This document shows, one piece after another, positions 52,325-62,786 of a DNA stretch of 63,393 nt. The translations under genes were made by a program, and so were the position numbers. The stretch is from Actinomycetota bacterium. Its GTDB lineage: Bacteria; Actinomycetota; AC-67. A model generated the notes under the pieces. It ran no database searches. It saw nothing but the letters and a program-made list of their open reading frames with translations, and was not told the DNA's origin. Position 1 is the stretch's first letter. Each line of letters opens with the position of its first letter. Location: the NCBI GenBank assembly GCA_046565595.1, contig JBKHYG010000017.1, positions 1 through 63,393 of the forward strand. The letters run 5' to 3'.

Positions 52325-54133
52325 ATGACCTCCCCCGAACAGCGCCGCCTGCGCAACCTCGCTCTCGTCGCCCATGTCGATCATGGGAAGACCACGCTCG
52401 TCGACGCCATGCTGCGCCAGACCCACACGGTCAAGGACGACAGCGAAGACCGAGTGATGGACTCGAACGATCTGGAACGCGAACGCGGGATCACCATCCT
52501 GGCCAAGGCGGCGTCCGTCGAGTGGCACGGCATCCATCTGAACCTGGTGGACACGCCCGGCCACGCCGACTTCGGCGGCGAGGTCGAACGCGGCCTCACC
52601 ATGGTGGACGGCATCTGCCTGCTGGTGGATGCCGCCGAAGGTCCGCTGCCTCAGACGCGTTTCGTCCTGCGCAAGGCATTGATCCTCGGTCTTCCTCACA
52701 TCGTGATCATCAACAAGGTCGACCGTAAGGATGCGCGCCCACACGAGGTGCTCGAAGAGATCTACGAGCTCTTCCTGGATCTCGGGCACGAGGATCTGGA
52801 TTTCCCCGTCATCTCCGCGGTCGCGCGCGAAGGTCGCTCGATGAAGGGCATCGGCATGCCTGCCGAGGATGCCACGCTCGAACCTCTCTTCGACACGATC
52901 GTGCACACGGTTCCCCCGCCGTCCGGCGACGCTGATGCGACGCTGCAGGCCCTCGTGACGAACCTCGACGCGAGCGACTACCTCGGGCGTCTCGCGATCG
53001 GGCGCGTGCAGGCTGGCCGTTTGCGGCTGGAACGGCCGATCGGGATCGTCGGCGCAGACGGCAAGGTCCGCTCGATCAAGGCGCAGGCGCTCCAGCGTTT
53101 CGTCGGACTCGGCCGCGAAGAGGTCGGACACATCGACGCTGGCGATCTGTTCATCATCGCCGGCGACCCGGATGTAGAGATCGGCGACACGCTCACCGAT
53201 CCCGCGAACCCGCTGCCGCTGCCTCGCATCGAGGTGGACGAGCCAGTCCTCACGATGACTTTCGCGCCTTCCACATCTCCGCTTGCCGGCGACGGCAAGT
53301 ACCTGACGGCTCGTCACATCGCGGACCGCCTGCGGAAAGAGGCTCTGGGCAATGTGTCCATCCGCGTCAGCCCGACGGATTCCCCCGATGTCTTGCAGGT
53401 CGCTGGTCGTGGCGAGCTACAGTTGGCGGTGCTGATCGAAACGATGCGTCGAGAGGGCTACGAGTTCCAGGTGTCCAGGCCTGAGGTCATCACGAAGATG
53501 ATCGATGGCAGCAAGCATGAGCCGCAGGAGCGCCTCACGATCGATGTTCCGAGCGAGCATGTCGGAACCGTCACCCAGGTGATGGCGCCGCGTCGAGGCG
53601 AGACGCTCGAGATCCGTCCCGGCGAGACCGGTCGCAGCATCCTGATCATCGAGGCTCCCTCGCGAGGGTTGCTCGGGTTCCGCTCCACGCTGCTCACCGC
53701 AACGCAGGGAACCGCGATCATCAACATCGAGTCAGCCGGATGGATGCCTTGGGCCGGCGAGCTTCCACACCGCAAGGGTGGCGCTATGGTCGCCGATCGT
53801 GCGGGTGTCGCCAACATCTACGCGTTGGACAACCTGCAGGACCGAGGCATGTTCTTCGTCGGCGTTGGCGACAAGGTCTACGAAGGGATGGTCGTTGGCG
53901 AGAATGCGCGACCAGAGGAGATGGTCGTCAATCCCACCAAGGAGAAGAAGGCGACCAACATCCGCACGCACTCGCATGACGAGGCCGCGAAGTTGCCTCC
54001 GCCCAAGATCCACACCGTCGAGAGCGCGATCGAGTGGCTCGGACCCGACGAACTCGTCGAGGTGACTCCCAGCGGGTTGCGGATCAGGAAGCGTCTGCTG
54101 AACCAGAAGGATCGTGCGCGCGCGACGAACTGA
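52325..54133 (+). CDS. typA: translational GTPase TypA/BipA
   Basis: 'RNLALVAHVDHGKTTLVD', 'DTPGHADFGGEV' and 'NKVDR', with EF-G-like domain order and a characteristic C-terminal domain. Confidence 0.95.
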   Translation: MTSPEQRRLRNLALVAHVDHGKTTLVDAMLRQTHTVKDDSEDRVMDSNDLERERGITILAKAASVEWHGIHLNLVDTPGHADFGGEVERGLTMVDGICLLVDAAEGPLPQTRFVLRKALILGLPHIVIINKVDRKDARPHEVLEEIYELFLDLGHEDLDFPVISAVAREGRSMKGIGMPAEDATLEPLFDTIVHTVPPPSGDADATLQALVTNLDASDYLGRLAIGRVQAGRLRLERPIGIVGADGKVRSIKAQALQRFVGLGREEVGHIDAGDLFIIAGDPDVEIGDTLTDPANPLPLPRIEVDEPVLTMTFAPSTSPLAGDGKYLTARHIADRLRKEALGNVSIRVSPTDSPDVLQVAGRGELQLAVLIETMRREGYEFQVSRPEVITKMIDGSKHEPQERLTIDVPSEHVGTVTQVMAPRRGETLEIRPGETGRSILIIEAPSRGLLGFRSTLLTATQGTAIINIESAGWMPWAGELPHRKGGAMVADRAGVANIYALDNLQDRGMFFVGVGDKVYEGMVVGENARPEEMVVNPTKEKKATNIRTHSHDEAAKLPPPKIHTVESAIEWLGPDELVEVTPSGLRIRKRLLNQKDRARATN

Positions 54134-55813
54134 TCAGTTCCAGTCGATCGGTTCGCTCAGGTTCTCGGCGCCGGGTAGGTCTATCCACGAGCCCTGGCCG
54201 ATGACGACCTCGAACGGATTGGTCGCCGGACGCAGGTACGGCGTGTCGTTGGTCGAGATCTCGATCTGGATCCGATGCCCCGCGGGGAACCGGTAGCTCA
54301 GTCCGAAGATGTCGAACTCGGCCATGTGCGGTCCGAGCGGCGCATCGAGGTTCTCCGAGTACGCACCCCGCGTGACCATCTTGCGTGAGCCGTCAGGCGC
54401 GAGATCCCAGATGATGGGATCTAGCTGCAGGGTCTGACCCGGACCTGGTCCCCTATCCGGGGCACCGACGGAGGCCGCCAACACATCTAGGCCGAAGCGA
54501 GGCGTTCCGGTCAGTTGCAGGTCTCCGGCAAGCGGTTCGCTCAGGTAGGTGACCGTGTCCGCCGGGGTAGGCGTGCGACCCTCTGGGATGCGCTGGCCGG
54601 TGGCGTCCTCGACATAAGGGTCGAAGAAATATCGCGCGAGGTATTCGCCGCCTGGGTGCGCGGTCGCCCAGGTGTTCGTCAACGCAGCGGCACCGGCGCC
54701 CTCGCAGGGTGTCTCCTGCACGGTTCCGGTCGGTAGACCTACACAGAGATAGCGGCGCACTGGGTCGCCGAAGGACAGCCCATCGACCGTCATCGTCGTG
54801 CCGTCCCAGACCGATCCGCTCCAATGCGTGTTCGATACCTCGATGCGAGGGGTCTCTTCGAACCCGTTCTCCTCGCCCTTGACGAAGTGGTCGAAGAAGG
54901 GGATCAGGCGATCGAACGCGATGTGCAGAGCCTCCCTGGAACCCGTGTCGGGCTCCGCGGCGGGGTGACCGATACCGCCGAGGTAGATCCAGAAGGGAAC
55001 ACCGTTGGCTTCGAGTCTCGGAGCGATGTTCAGCCATTGCTCGGCATCGAAGTAGCTGTCGTTCCATCCGTTCGCCAGGTACAGGGGCGTGCGGATGTTG
55101 TCGAGGCGATTGATCTCCGAGCGCAGGCGCAGCTGTTCCCGCGCGTAGGGCATCCCGACACCTGTGATCATCGCCAGGATCAGACGGTGGAACTCTTCAG
55201 AGATCTTGTTCGTCGGAACGGCCAGGGCCCAGGTGACCGCCGGGATGGTCAGCTTGGGAACATCGTTCGGGACCATAGCGGCGTAGAAGTCACTCGGACC
55301 AGCGAGAGGTGCGATCGCTTTTATGGCGGGATGGTTCAAGGTCGCGTACGCCATCGCATAGGAAGCGCCGTAGGAGGCTCCGACCTGTCCGATGTGGTCG
55401 ACCCAGATCTCGGGAACATTCGCAGGGTCGTTCAGCCAGTTCACCGCGTCTAGGGCGTCCTGCCTCTCCTTCTCGCCCATCAGATCGATCTCGCCGCCGG
55501 TTTGGCCGAAGCCTCGCTGAGACCAGCGCAGCACGATGTAGCCGGCGTCCGTCAGACGGTGACGCGTTCCGCCATCGCTCGTGCGGCTTCCACCGAAACC
55601 GTGGTTGAGGATGATCGCCGGGTACGGCGGGGTTCCGTGCGTCGGAACCGACACCGACGCGTCGAGGATTATCGGGTTCCCGTCATCGTCGGGCATAGAC
55701 GCCGGGATCTTGACGAGCCGTTCCTCGAACGGCTTGCTCGCGTTCGCGACGGTAACCGCCGGGAGGATGGATGCCGCGAGGGCGATGGCGAGGAGCGTTG
55801 CGGTCCTTCTCAT
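54134..55813 (-). CDS. secreted CocE/NonD (X-Pro dipeptidyl-peptidase S15) family hydrolase
   Basis: Start at 'MRRTATLLAIALAASILPAVTVANA'. 'AIILNHGFGGS', nucleophile 'QVGASYGASYA', and a C-terminal beta-sandwich ending '..IGQGSWIDLPG'. Confidence 0.8.
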   Translation of the reverse strand: MRRTATLLAIALAASILPAVTVANASKPFEERLVKIPASMPDDDGNPIILDASVSVPTHGTPPYPAIILNHGFGGSRTSDGGTRHRLTDAGYIVLRWSQRGFGQTGGEIDLMGEKERQDALDAVNWLNDPANVPEIWVDHIGQVGASYGASYAMAYATLNHPAIKAIAPLAGPSDFYAAMVPNDVPKLTIPAVTWALAVPTNKISEEFHRLILAMITGVGMPYAREQLRLRSEINRLDNIRTPLYLANGWNDSYFDAEQWLNIAPRLEANGVPFWIYLGGIGHPAAEPDTGSREALHIAFDRLIPFFDHFVKGEENGFEETPRIEVSNTHWSGSVWDGTTMTVDGLSFGDPVRRYLCVGLPTGTVQETPCEGAGAAALTNTWATAHPGGEYLARYFFDPYVEDATGQRIPEGRTPTPADTVTYLSEPLAGDLQLTGTPRFGLDVLAASVGAPDRGPGPGQTLQLDPIIWDLAPDGSRKMVTRGAYSENLDAPLGPHMAEFDIFGLSYRFPAGHRIQIEISTNDTPYLRPATNPFEVVIGQGSWIDLPGAENLSEPIDWN

Positions 55814-55862
55814 CCCCAGAGATTCGCCCCGTCGAGCATCATCCCTGCCTCTGACCGCGACT

Positions 55863-57227
55863 TCAGAGTCCGAACTCGTCACGCATCGCGTCCTCGAGGC
55901 TCGAGTGCGAGTGAGCGAACCCGCTCTCCATCAGCCGATCGGGTATAGCTCGCTGACCGCTCAACAGCAGCACCTTCCCCAACTCACCTAGCAAGAGTTC
56001 CACCGCGAGACGAGGCGCCGGGAGGAAAGACGGCCGTCCCAAGGCTCGACCGAGGGTCTTGGCGAACTCGCGTTGCGGCACGGGGCCGGGGCCGGTGAGG
56101 TTCACGGGTCCCTCGAGATCGCTGGCGGCGAGATGCTCGAGTCCCCGAGTCACATCGTGCAGGCTGATCCAGGGCCAGAACTGCTTCCCCGAACCGAGAG
56201 GTCCGAACAGTCCGAGCCGTCCGAGCAGCAGCAACGGCGTCATGGCTCCGCTCTTGGCGGCCAGTACGAGTCCGATGCGCGGATGCACGACCTTGATCCC
56301 GGCGTCGCGTGCGGGTTGCGCCGCAGCCTCCCAGCGTCGAACCACCTCTGCGAGGAAATCGTCGCCACTTCCGGCGTCCTCGGTGAGTATCTCGTCTCCG
56401 CGATGGCCGTAGTAACCCACGGCAGCGGTTGAAACCAGTATGCGTGGAGGGTTCGTCAGCTTCGCCAAGCCGGTCGCCAGTGAGCGTGTCCCCTCCTCTC
56501 TGCTTTCGAGGATGCGTCGCTTCTTGTTCTCCGTCCATCGGGGGATGCCTCCACCGATGCTCTCTCCTGCGAGGTGGATCACCGCGTCGAAGCCTTCCAA
56601 TGGGCTCGGATCCCAGTCGCCCTTCGGGTTCCAGCGCACCTGTTCCGGGGACGGCTTGGACCTGACGAGTTCCACGACCTCGTGTCCGCGGATCCTCAAG
56701 CGCGCGCACAATCGCGAACCGATTAGGCCGCTCGCCCCGGTTACCGCGATCCGCATCTTGCCGCGAGGTAACGGATCCTGCAGATCGTCCTTGGTCACCA
56801 GGTGTCGGTAGCGCAGCAGCGTTTCGATCTCGGTCCGTACCTGCCTCGTCACGAACGGCGGAACCACCTTGCCGACGGGAAGCGATGCAGCGACCGTGTC
56901 ACTGAGCGCGGAGCGCGTATCGCCCAACGACTCGAAGTCATGCTGGTGGATCCACGATCCGAACGGACCCTGGCGTTGTACATCGGTGAAGCCGATCCCA
57001 TCGTGTTCGATGTGCTCGGCTACCCACTTGAACCTGATCGGTCCCTTCCAGCCGTAGAAGACGGTGCGCGCGCCGGGCTCGATCCCTCCCGTGCGTTCCA
57101 GCAGGCGCATCTTCTGCCAGGGTGGGGCTAGCCGTTCGAAGCATCCCTCGTGCAGGTGATACGCCAGAACCTCCTCGAGGCTCGCGTCTACCTCGGTGCG
57201 ACGGCCGACCTGGAACCGGCCGCTCAC
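55863..57227 (-). CDS. SRPBCC-domain / TIGR01777 (YfcH-like, DUF1731) NAD-dependent epimerase-family fusion protein
   Basis: The N-terminal ~150 aa is START/SRPBCC-like. It is followed by the Rossmann motif 'IAVTGASGLIGSRL' and the C-terminal DUF1731-like '..GQRAIPDRLMESGFAHSH..'. Confidence 0.85.
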   Translation of the reverse strand: MSGRFQVGRRTEVDASLEEVLAYHLHEGCFERLAPPWQKMRLLERTGGIEPGARTVFYGWKGPIRFKWVAEHIEHDGIGFTDVQRQGPFGSWIHQHDFESLGDTRSALSDTVAASLPVGKVVPPFVTRQVRTEIETLLRYRHLVTKDDLQDPLPRGKMRIAVTGASGLIGSRLCARLRIRGHEVVELVRSKPSPEQVRWNPKGDWDPSPLEGFDAVIHLAGESIGGGIPRWTENKKRRILESREEGTRSLATGLAKLTNPPRILVSTAAVGYYGHRGDEILTEDAGSGDDFLAEVVRRWEAAAQPARDAGIKVVHPRIGLVLAAKSGAMTPLLLLGRLGLFGPLGSGKQFWPWISLHDVTRGLEHLAASDLEGPVNLTGPGPVPQREFAKTLGRALGRPSFLPAPRLAVELLLGELGKVLLLSGQRAIPDRLMESGFAHSHSSLEDAMRDEFGL

Positions 57228-59011
57228 AGCAGTGCCTTCGGGATCTCGACTACGCGACTGCGCAGATACTCGCCGAGTCCCTTGGCCTGTGGATCAGGAC
57301 GCGACGACGACGAGACCCCTTCGCCGAGGAGTCCGTGGAACACGAAGTTGAGCGCGAACAGGTTCGGAAACTCGAACCGTTCGATCGTCAGATCATCTGC
57401 CTCGCCACCCATGAGTTCCCTGATCCTCTCGATAGTCAGCGTGTGTCGCATCCACTCGTAGCGTTCGGACGAGTCGACCCAGAAGCCACAGTTGGCGTTG
57501 CCGCCCTTGTCGCCGCTGCGCGCGCCGACGAAGGTACCCAGCGGGTGCGGCTCGGTCGGACCGTCTGCGAGCTCGGCGACGCGCTTGCCCGCCGCAGCGA
57601 GTTCGTCCAACCGGTCTTCTGACCGCTTCGCTTCCTCGGGAGCGGGTTGGCCCGGGACCTGGTCGATGGCGGATCGTTCGCCTTCGAACACGACCTCCTC
57701 GTGGATCTCCGACTTCGGAACCAGGCATGGCCAATAGACGCCGTATGGCGTGCCGTCGCCGGGTGGGGCCGTCATCGTGAAGCCTGGGTAGCTCGCCAAC
57801 GCCATCTCGGTCACGGCTCCAGAGAACGCTCGACCGACCTTGTTCGGATCGTGATCCTTCACATCGATCCGCAGTAGGGCGACCGCCTGGTCGTTGCGCG
57901 CAGCATCGCTCTTGTCCGAACGCACCAGGCGCACATCCGCGCTGCGGAAGGCCTCGTGCCCGCCGAGCTTGTCGAAGATGCTGCGTTCGACGAGTGCAGC
58001 TTTCGCATCGATGTCGAGTCCGGTGAGCACGAGTTCCATCCGATTACGGAAGCCGCCCAGGTAGTTGATGCACACCTTCGCATCCGGCGGCGCCGGCTCA
58101 CCGCGAACGCTCGTGACCCCAACCCGGTTCGGAGCAAGTTGAGCGAGACGGATCGTGTCGAAGCGGGCGATCACATCTGGGTTCGCATACCGCGGTCCCG
58201 CGATCTCGTAAAGCAGCTGCGCGGTCACGGTTCCGACGCTGACCTCGCCGCCGGTTCCCTCATGTTTGGTAACCACGCAGGAGCCGTCACCAGCGAGTTC
58301 GACCAGCGGGAACCCGGGATGTTCCAGACCCTCGATCTGCGTGAAGAACGGATAGTTGCCGCCGGTCGCCTGCGCCCCACACTCGATGATGTGTCCCGCC
58401 ACGACCGCACCCGCAAGAGCATCGAGGTCCTCGGCCGACCAACCGTGACGCCAGATCCCAGGGCCAACGACCAGCGCGGCATCGGTCACGCGGCCCGTGA
58501 CGACGACGTCTGCTCCGAGATCGAGCGCTTTGGCGATCCCGAAGCCACCGAGGTACGCGTTCGCGCTCACAGGCTGAACCCCGGCCTCGTTCAGGGTCTG
58601 GCCGGTGTCGAGGTTGCGGAGGTCGTGTCCTGCGGCCTGAAGGTCGGGTAGTCGAGGCATCAGGTCGTCGCCCTCGATGTGAGCCACCTTGGCTGACAGA
58701 CCGAGCTTCGCAGCGAGTTCGCGCACTGCTTCAGCGCATCCGGACGGGTTCAGGCCGCCCGCGTTCACCACGATCTTGATGTTGCGATCCAGGCAGGTTC
58801 CCAGGATCTGCTCGCACTGCTTCAGGAAGGTGCTCGCGTAGCCGCGGTTCGGGTCCTTCAGCTTCGAGCGGAACAGGATCAGCATCGTCAGCTCGGCCAG
58901 ATAGTCGCCGGTGAGCACATCGATGGGGCCGCCCTCGACCATCTCTCTCGCGGCCGAGAGCCGGTCTCCGTAGAAACCCGAACAGTTAGCGATGCGTATG
59001 GGTTCTGCCAT
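57224..59011 (-). CDS. AtuA-like (DUF1446) protein fused to a DUF4387-like C-terminal domain
   Basis: Start at 'MAEPIRIANCSGFYGDRLSAAREMVEGGPIDVLTGDYLAELTM' (ATG 59011), the hallmark N-terminus of the acyclic-terpene-utilisation AtuA family. 595 aa. Confidence 0.85.
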   Translation of the reverse strand: MAEPIRIANCSGFYGDRLSAAREMVEGGPIDVLTGDYLAELTMLILFRSKLKDPNRGYASTFLKQCEQILGTCLDRNIKIVVNAGGLNPSGCAEAVRELAAKLGLSAKVAHIEGDDLMPRLPDLQAAGHDLRNLDTGQTLNEAGVQPVSANAYLGGFGIAKALDLGADVVVTGRVTDAALVVGPGIWRHGWSAEDLDALAGAVVAGHIIECGAQATGGNYPFFTQIEGLEHPGFPLVELAGDGSCVVTKHEGTGGEVSVGTVTAQLLYEIAGPRYANPDVIARFDTIRLAQLAPNRVGVTSVRGEPAPPDAKVCINYLGGFRNRMELVLTGLDIDAKAALVERSIFDKLGGHEAFRSADVRLVRSDKSDAARNDQAVALLRIDVKDHDPNKVGRAFSGAVTEMALASYPGFTMTAPPGDGTPYGVYWPCLVPKSEIHEEVVFEGERSAIDQVPGQPAPEEAKRSEDRLDELAAAGKRVAELADGPTEPHPLGTFVGARSGDKGGNANCGFWVDSSERYEWMRHTLTIERIRELMGGEADDLTIERFEFPNLFALNFVFHGLLGEGVSSSSRPDPQAKGLGEYLRSRVVEIPKALL

Positions 59012-59062
59012 ACCCCGAGGATAGGACCCCGCGGGCAAGCGGGGTCGCCGTAGGCTCACGAC

Positions 59063-60238
59063 ATGACCGAGATACGACGGCTGCGGGCCGACGAGTTCGA
59101 TGAAGCGTTCTCGCTCGGCCGCCGCGCATTCCCGATGCAACCCGAATCGGATCGCGAGCGCCTACGGGACAGGTTCGTCCCCGAGATGTTCACGGGAGTC
59201 TTCGATGACGGACGCATGATCGGCCGCACGATCGAGCACCGGTTCGGACATCACCTGGGTGGCCGCGTCGTACCGGCTATCGGCATCGCGGGGGTCGCCG
59301 TCGATCCGACCATCCGCGGACGGGGCATCGGATCCCAGATGATGAACTGGGTTCACGAGCAGGCGCGAGGGGACGGGATCCCGTTCGCTTCCCTGTATCC
59401 CGCAACGCTGCCTATCTACAGGAACCTGGGCTATGGCGACGCTTTCCACCGAACGGCATTCACGGCCCGACTGGAGCGGCTGCCCTCGAAGCCGATCGGA
59501 ACGGCGGTGGTGGAGTCCTACACCGACTCGGATGAGTCTGCCGTCCGCGATGCATACGACCGGTTCGCTTCGACTCAGGCTGGCATCGTCGCCCGTGACG
59601 ACGATTGGTGGGAGCACAGGATCCTCGACCTGAAGACCACTCCTCAGCGCTATGTCGTTCGCGAGGAAGGTGAACTGGTCGGCTACTTCTTCTTCGACTT
59701 CGCTCCGGCAAAGGATGATTGGCGGCAGCGCATCGATGTGAAGGACATGGTTGCGCTGACACCGAGCGCTGGCTCAGCGATCCTCGCGTTCGCCGCCCTC
59801 CATCGTTCGACATGCTCGACCATCCACTGGACAGGACCGGCCAACGAGCCGCTTCAGTGGCTCCAACACGATCACGCCATCGAGTTGAGCCACGGCTTCA
59901 ACGCGATGGCACGCGTCCTGGATGTTCCGGGCGCGATCGCATCGAGGGGATACTTCGAGGCGGTCGAAGCGGAGGTGTCGCTTGCGATCAGCGATCCCCG
60001 CATCCCGGATAACGACGGTCCTTGGCTGATCTCGGTCGTCAAGGGTGTTGGCTCGGCCGAGCCGGCCCGCTCTACCGATGGCTTCTGCACGATCCAGGCG
60101 TTCTCGTCCATGTTCACGGGGATGCTGTCTCCCGCCGACGCTCGTCGGGTCGGAGGGCTCTCCGCGGACGACGAGGCGGTCCGGAAGCTAACGGCGATCT
60201 TCGCTGGACCTACGCCTTGGTTGAGCGACTTCTACTGA
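59063..60238 (+). CDS. Eis-like GNAT N-acetyltransferase with C-terminal SCP2-like domain
   Basis: 'IGIAGVAVDPTIRGRGIGSQMM..ASLYPATLPIYRNLGYG'. Its ~390-aa three-domain length is typical of enhanced-intracellular-survival-type acetyltransferases. Confidence 0.8.
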   Translation: MTEIRRLRADEFDEAFSLGRRAFPMQPESDRERLRDRFVPEMFTGVFDDGRMIGRTIEHRFGHHLGGRVVPAIGIAGVAVDPTIRGRGIGSQMMNWVHEQARGDGIPFASLYPATLPIYRNLGYGDAFHRTAFTARLERLPSKPIGTAVVESYTDSDESAVRDAYDRFASTQAGIVARDDDWWEHRILDLKTTPQRYVVREEGELVGYFFFDFAPAKDDWRQRIDVKDMVALTPSAGSAILAFAALHRSTCSTIHWTGPANEPLQWLQHDHAIELSHGFNAMARVLDVPGAIASRGYFEAVEAEVSLAISDPRIPDNDGPWLISVVKGVGSAEPARSTDGFCTIQAFSSMFTGMLSPADARRVGGLSADDEAVRKLTAIFAGPTPWLSDFY

Positions 60239-61185
60239 TCCTTCCGCAGAAGCGGAAGACATCGATCAGCAACCATAGAGACGTGCCGTTCGTCGGTTCC
60301 GCAACAGCCCCCCAGGATGTTCAACTCCGGCAGCCTGCTCAGAAGGGTTCCGTGGCGTTCAGCCAGATCGTGAGGATCGCCGTCATCCAGTTCGGTCGCC
60401 TCATCGAGTTCGGCGTGGCTCAACGCGGATGCGTTCGCTCGCAGTCCTCGGATACGGTTGGTCCAACCCTCGCCATCTAGAGCCGTTTCAAGGTGCGACG
60501 GGTGGGCGCAGTTGATCATGTAGTACGCCACCCGCCCGTCTGTCGCGTCGTCGACCAAGCTGATGGCGTTCTGAAGCGAATGCCCTGTCGGGAGCCGCCC
60601 ATCCGTCTCGACCGTGAACGAGATCGCCACCGGCATGTCGTTGGCGAACGCCGCGTCCGCTATCCCGATCGCCTCTTCCACATAGTTCATGGTTATCGCG
60701 CAGACCATATCCACGCCTTCTTCGGCCATCGTCGCGATCTGGTGTGCGTGGTAGACGGAGGCCTCGGACCGGCTCATCTTGCGGTCGGCTCGGTATCCGT
60801 CGCCGCGGGGTCCCACACAGCCACTCAGCACGGTCGGCTCTCCGATGGATACCTCTCTGCGGACATCCTTCAGCAGTTGGATGGCGGCGCGGGTAGCAGA
60901 GTCGAGAGCGTGCTTGTCGTAGCCGATCCTGGCTGCCCAATCAGGATTGGCCCGCCAGGTGGGGCTCTCGTAGATGAACCCGGTTCCTCGTGCCGCTGCG
61001 ATCTGCGCGAAAGACCTGTAGTAGCGGCGCAGAGCGTCCGAACCCCGTTCGGTTCGCAGCAGATCGAATGCCGCGAACTCCGGCAACTCGAATCCATCCC
61101 TGTAGATCAGCGTCGTCTCTATGCCACCGTCAGTGAGGAACGGGGCGCCAGAAGCCTGCGGCAAGCGGTGCTCGGCAACGCTCAT
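60232..61185 (-). CDS. homocysteine S-methyltransferase family protein (MmuM-like)
   Basis: 'FLTDGGIETTL', 'MINCAHP' and the zinc motif 'LGGCCGTDERHV'. Confidence 0.88.
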   Translation of the reverse strand: MSVAEHRLPQASGAPFLTDGGIETTLIYRDGFELPEFAAFDLLRTERGSDALRRYYRSFAQIAAARGTGFIYESPTWRANPDWAARIGYDKHALDSATRAAIQLLKDVRREVSIGEPTVLSGCVGPRGDGYRADRKMSRSEASVYHAHQIATMAEEGVDMVCAITMNYVEEAIGIADAAFANDMPVAISFTVETDGRLPTGHSLQNAISLVDDATDGRVAYYMINCAHPSHLETALDGEGWTNRIRGLRANASALSHAELDEATELDDGDPHDLAERHGTLLSRLPELNILGGCCGTDERHVSMVADRCLPLLRKDQ

Positions 61186-61278
61186 ATGGTCTCCTGCTGA
61201 AGGCGGGACGTCTGGTCCGGAATATACGCCGGACCTGACAGGAGTGGAAGCAACAGCCCCCGATCCCAGGCGAGGGGC

Positions 61279-62301
61279 CTAGAGAGCCGTCAGGAGCTCG
61301 GCGATCTGAACCGTGTTCAGAGCCGCCCCTTTGCGCAGGTTGTCACAGGCACTGAAGAAGCCGATCGCCTTGGTGTGGTTGCCGTCACCGCGGATACGAC
61401 CGACGATCGCCTTGTCCCCGCCCGAGGAAGCTAGAGGTGTCGGGTAGCGGAATGCCGCCGGGTCGTCCTCGACGATCACCCCTTCGGCTTCCTGCAGGAT
61501 GGCTCGGGCTTCCGCGGCGTCGATCTCGCGGTCGAATTCGACCCAGGCGCCGATGCCGTGCCCGACGACGGTCGGTATGCGTACGGCGGTCGCGAAGATG
61601 TCTATCGCGGCGTCCAAGATCTTGTTGGTCTCGCTAGAGACCCGACGCTCTTCGCTGGTGGTCCCTGCGGCGTCGAAGCCACCAACATGGGGAATCGCGT
61701 TGAAAGCGATGGGATGCTTGAACGCCGTTCCCGCTGGCACATCGAGCTGTCCGTCGCCGATCGCATCGCGCTGCGGCATGGCCTTCTCGAGCTGGGCGAA
61801 CAGGTCCTCGACGCCGGCAACGCCCGCTCCCGAGGTCGACTGATACGAAGAGCAGATGACCCGTCTGGCGTTAGCTACCCGATGCAACGGGGCGAGAGGC
61901 AGGATCAGCGTCGTCATCGTGCAATTCGGGTTCGCGATCAGGCCCGAGTGGTTCAGAGCCGCGTCGGGGTTGATCTCTGGGATGACCAGCGGTACATCGT
62001 CCTGCAGCCGGAACTGCGCCGAGTTGTCGATGTTCAGGACCTTGTCGCGCACCTTGGGAACCCACTCGGCTGCAACCTCATCGGGGGTGTCCCAGATCGC
62101 GATGTCCATCCCCTCGAAAGCCGCGTCGCCGATAGCGACCACCGGGATCTGTTCGCCGGCGAATGTGACCGTTCGGCCATCTGCGCGACTGGCTACGGGA
62201 CGCAGCGAAGCGAGGGGGAAGTTGCGTTCCTCGAGGATGCGAAGGACATTGCGTCCGACGGCTCCGGTCGCTCCTATGACTGCGATGTGCGGCTGGCTCA
62301 A
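61279..62301 (-). CDS. asd: aspartate-semialdehyde dehydrogenase
   Basis: '[13 protein letters not shown]', active-site 'IANPNCTMT', and 'SGAG'. It overlaps the aspartokinase stop by 4 nt, the classical ask-asd operon arrangement. Confidence 0.95.
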   Translation of the reverse strand: MSQPHIAVIGATGAVGRNVLRILEERNFPLASLRPVASRADGRTVTFAGEQIPVVAIGDAAFEGMDIAIWDTPDEVAAEWVPKVRDKVLNIDNSAQFRLQDDVPLVIPEINPDAALNHSGLIANPNCTMTTLILPLAPLHRVANARRVICSSYQSTSGAGVAGVEDLFAQLEKAMPQRDAIGDGQLDVPAGTAFKHPIAFNAIPHVGGFDAAGTTSEERRVSSETNKILDAAIDIFATAVRIPTVVGHGIGAWVEFDREIDAAEARAILQEAEGVIVEDDPAAFRYPTPLASSGGDKAIVGRIRGDGNHTKAIGFFSACDNLRKGAALNTVQIAELLTAL

Positions 62302-62786
62302 GCGTCTACCTCTGGTGTTTCGGGGAAGGCGCCGTGGATGGCCCGCACGGCACGCTCGGTGTCGGTCTCGCGGACGACGACGCTGATCCGGATCGTAGAG
62401 GTCGAGATCATCTCGATGTTCACGCCGGCTTCCGACAGAGCCGCGAACATGTCGGCCGCCACACCTGGATGCGTCTTCATCCCGGCGCCGACGAGCGAGA
62501 CCTTGGTGATCGACGCATCGAACTCAACCCCGTTCGCACCGATATCGGTCACATACGGCTCGATGATCGCGCGGGCGCGTTCGATGTCTTCCCGCGGCAC
62601 CGTGAACGAGATGTCGGTCACGCCGGCGGTCGAAACGTTCTGGACGATCATGTCGACATTCACGCCACCTTCGGCGACCTGACGGAACAGTCGCGCGGCG
62701 ACGCCGGGACGGTCCGGGACGCCATGTACCGTGACCTTCGCTTCGCTGGTGTCGTGAGTGACACCGCTGATGATCGCCTTCTCCAC
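62298..62786 (-). CDS. possible nested in-frame aspartokinase beta-subunit
   Basis: In-frame GTG at 62786 ('[12 protein letters not shown]..') is preceded by GAGGAGGA with a 7-nt spacer. This mirrors the internal lysC-beta start known in Corynebacterium and Mycobacterium. Confidence 0.4.
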   Translation of the reverse strand: MEKAIISGVTHDTSEAKVTVHGVPDRPGVAARLFRQVAEGGVNVDMIVQNVSTAGVTDISFTVPREDIERARAIIEPYVTDIGANGVEFDASITKVSLVGAGMKTHPGVAADMFAALSEAGVNIEMISTSTIRISVVVRETDTERAVRAIHGAFPETPEVDA

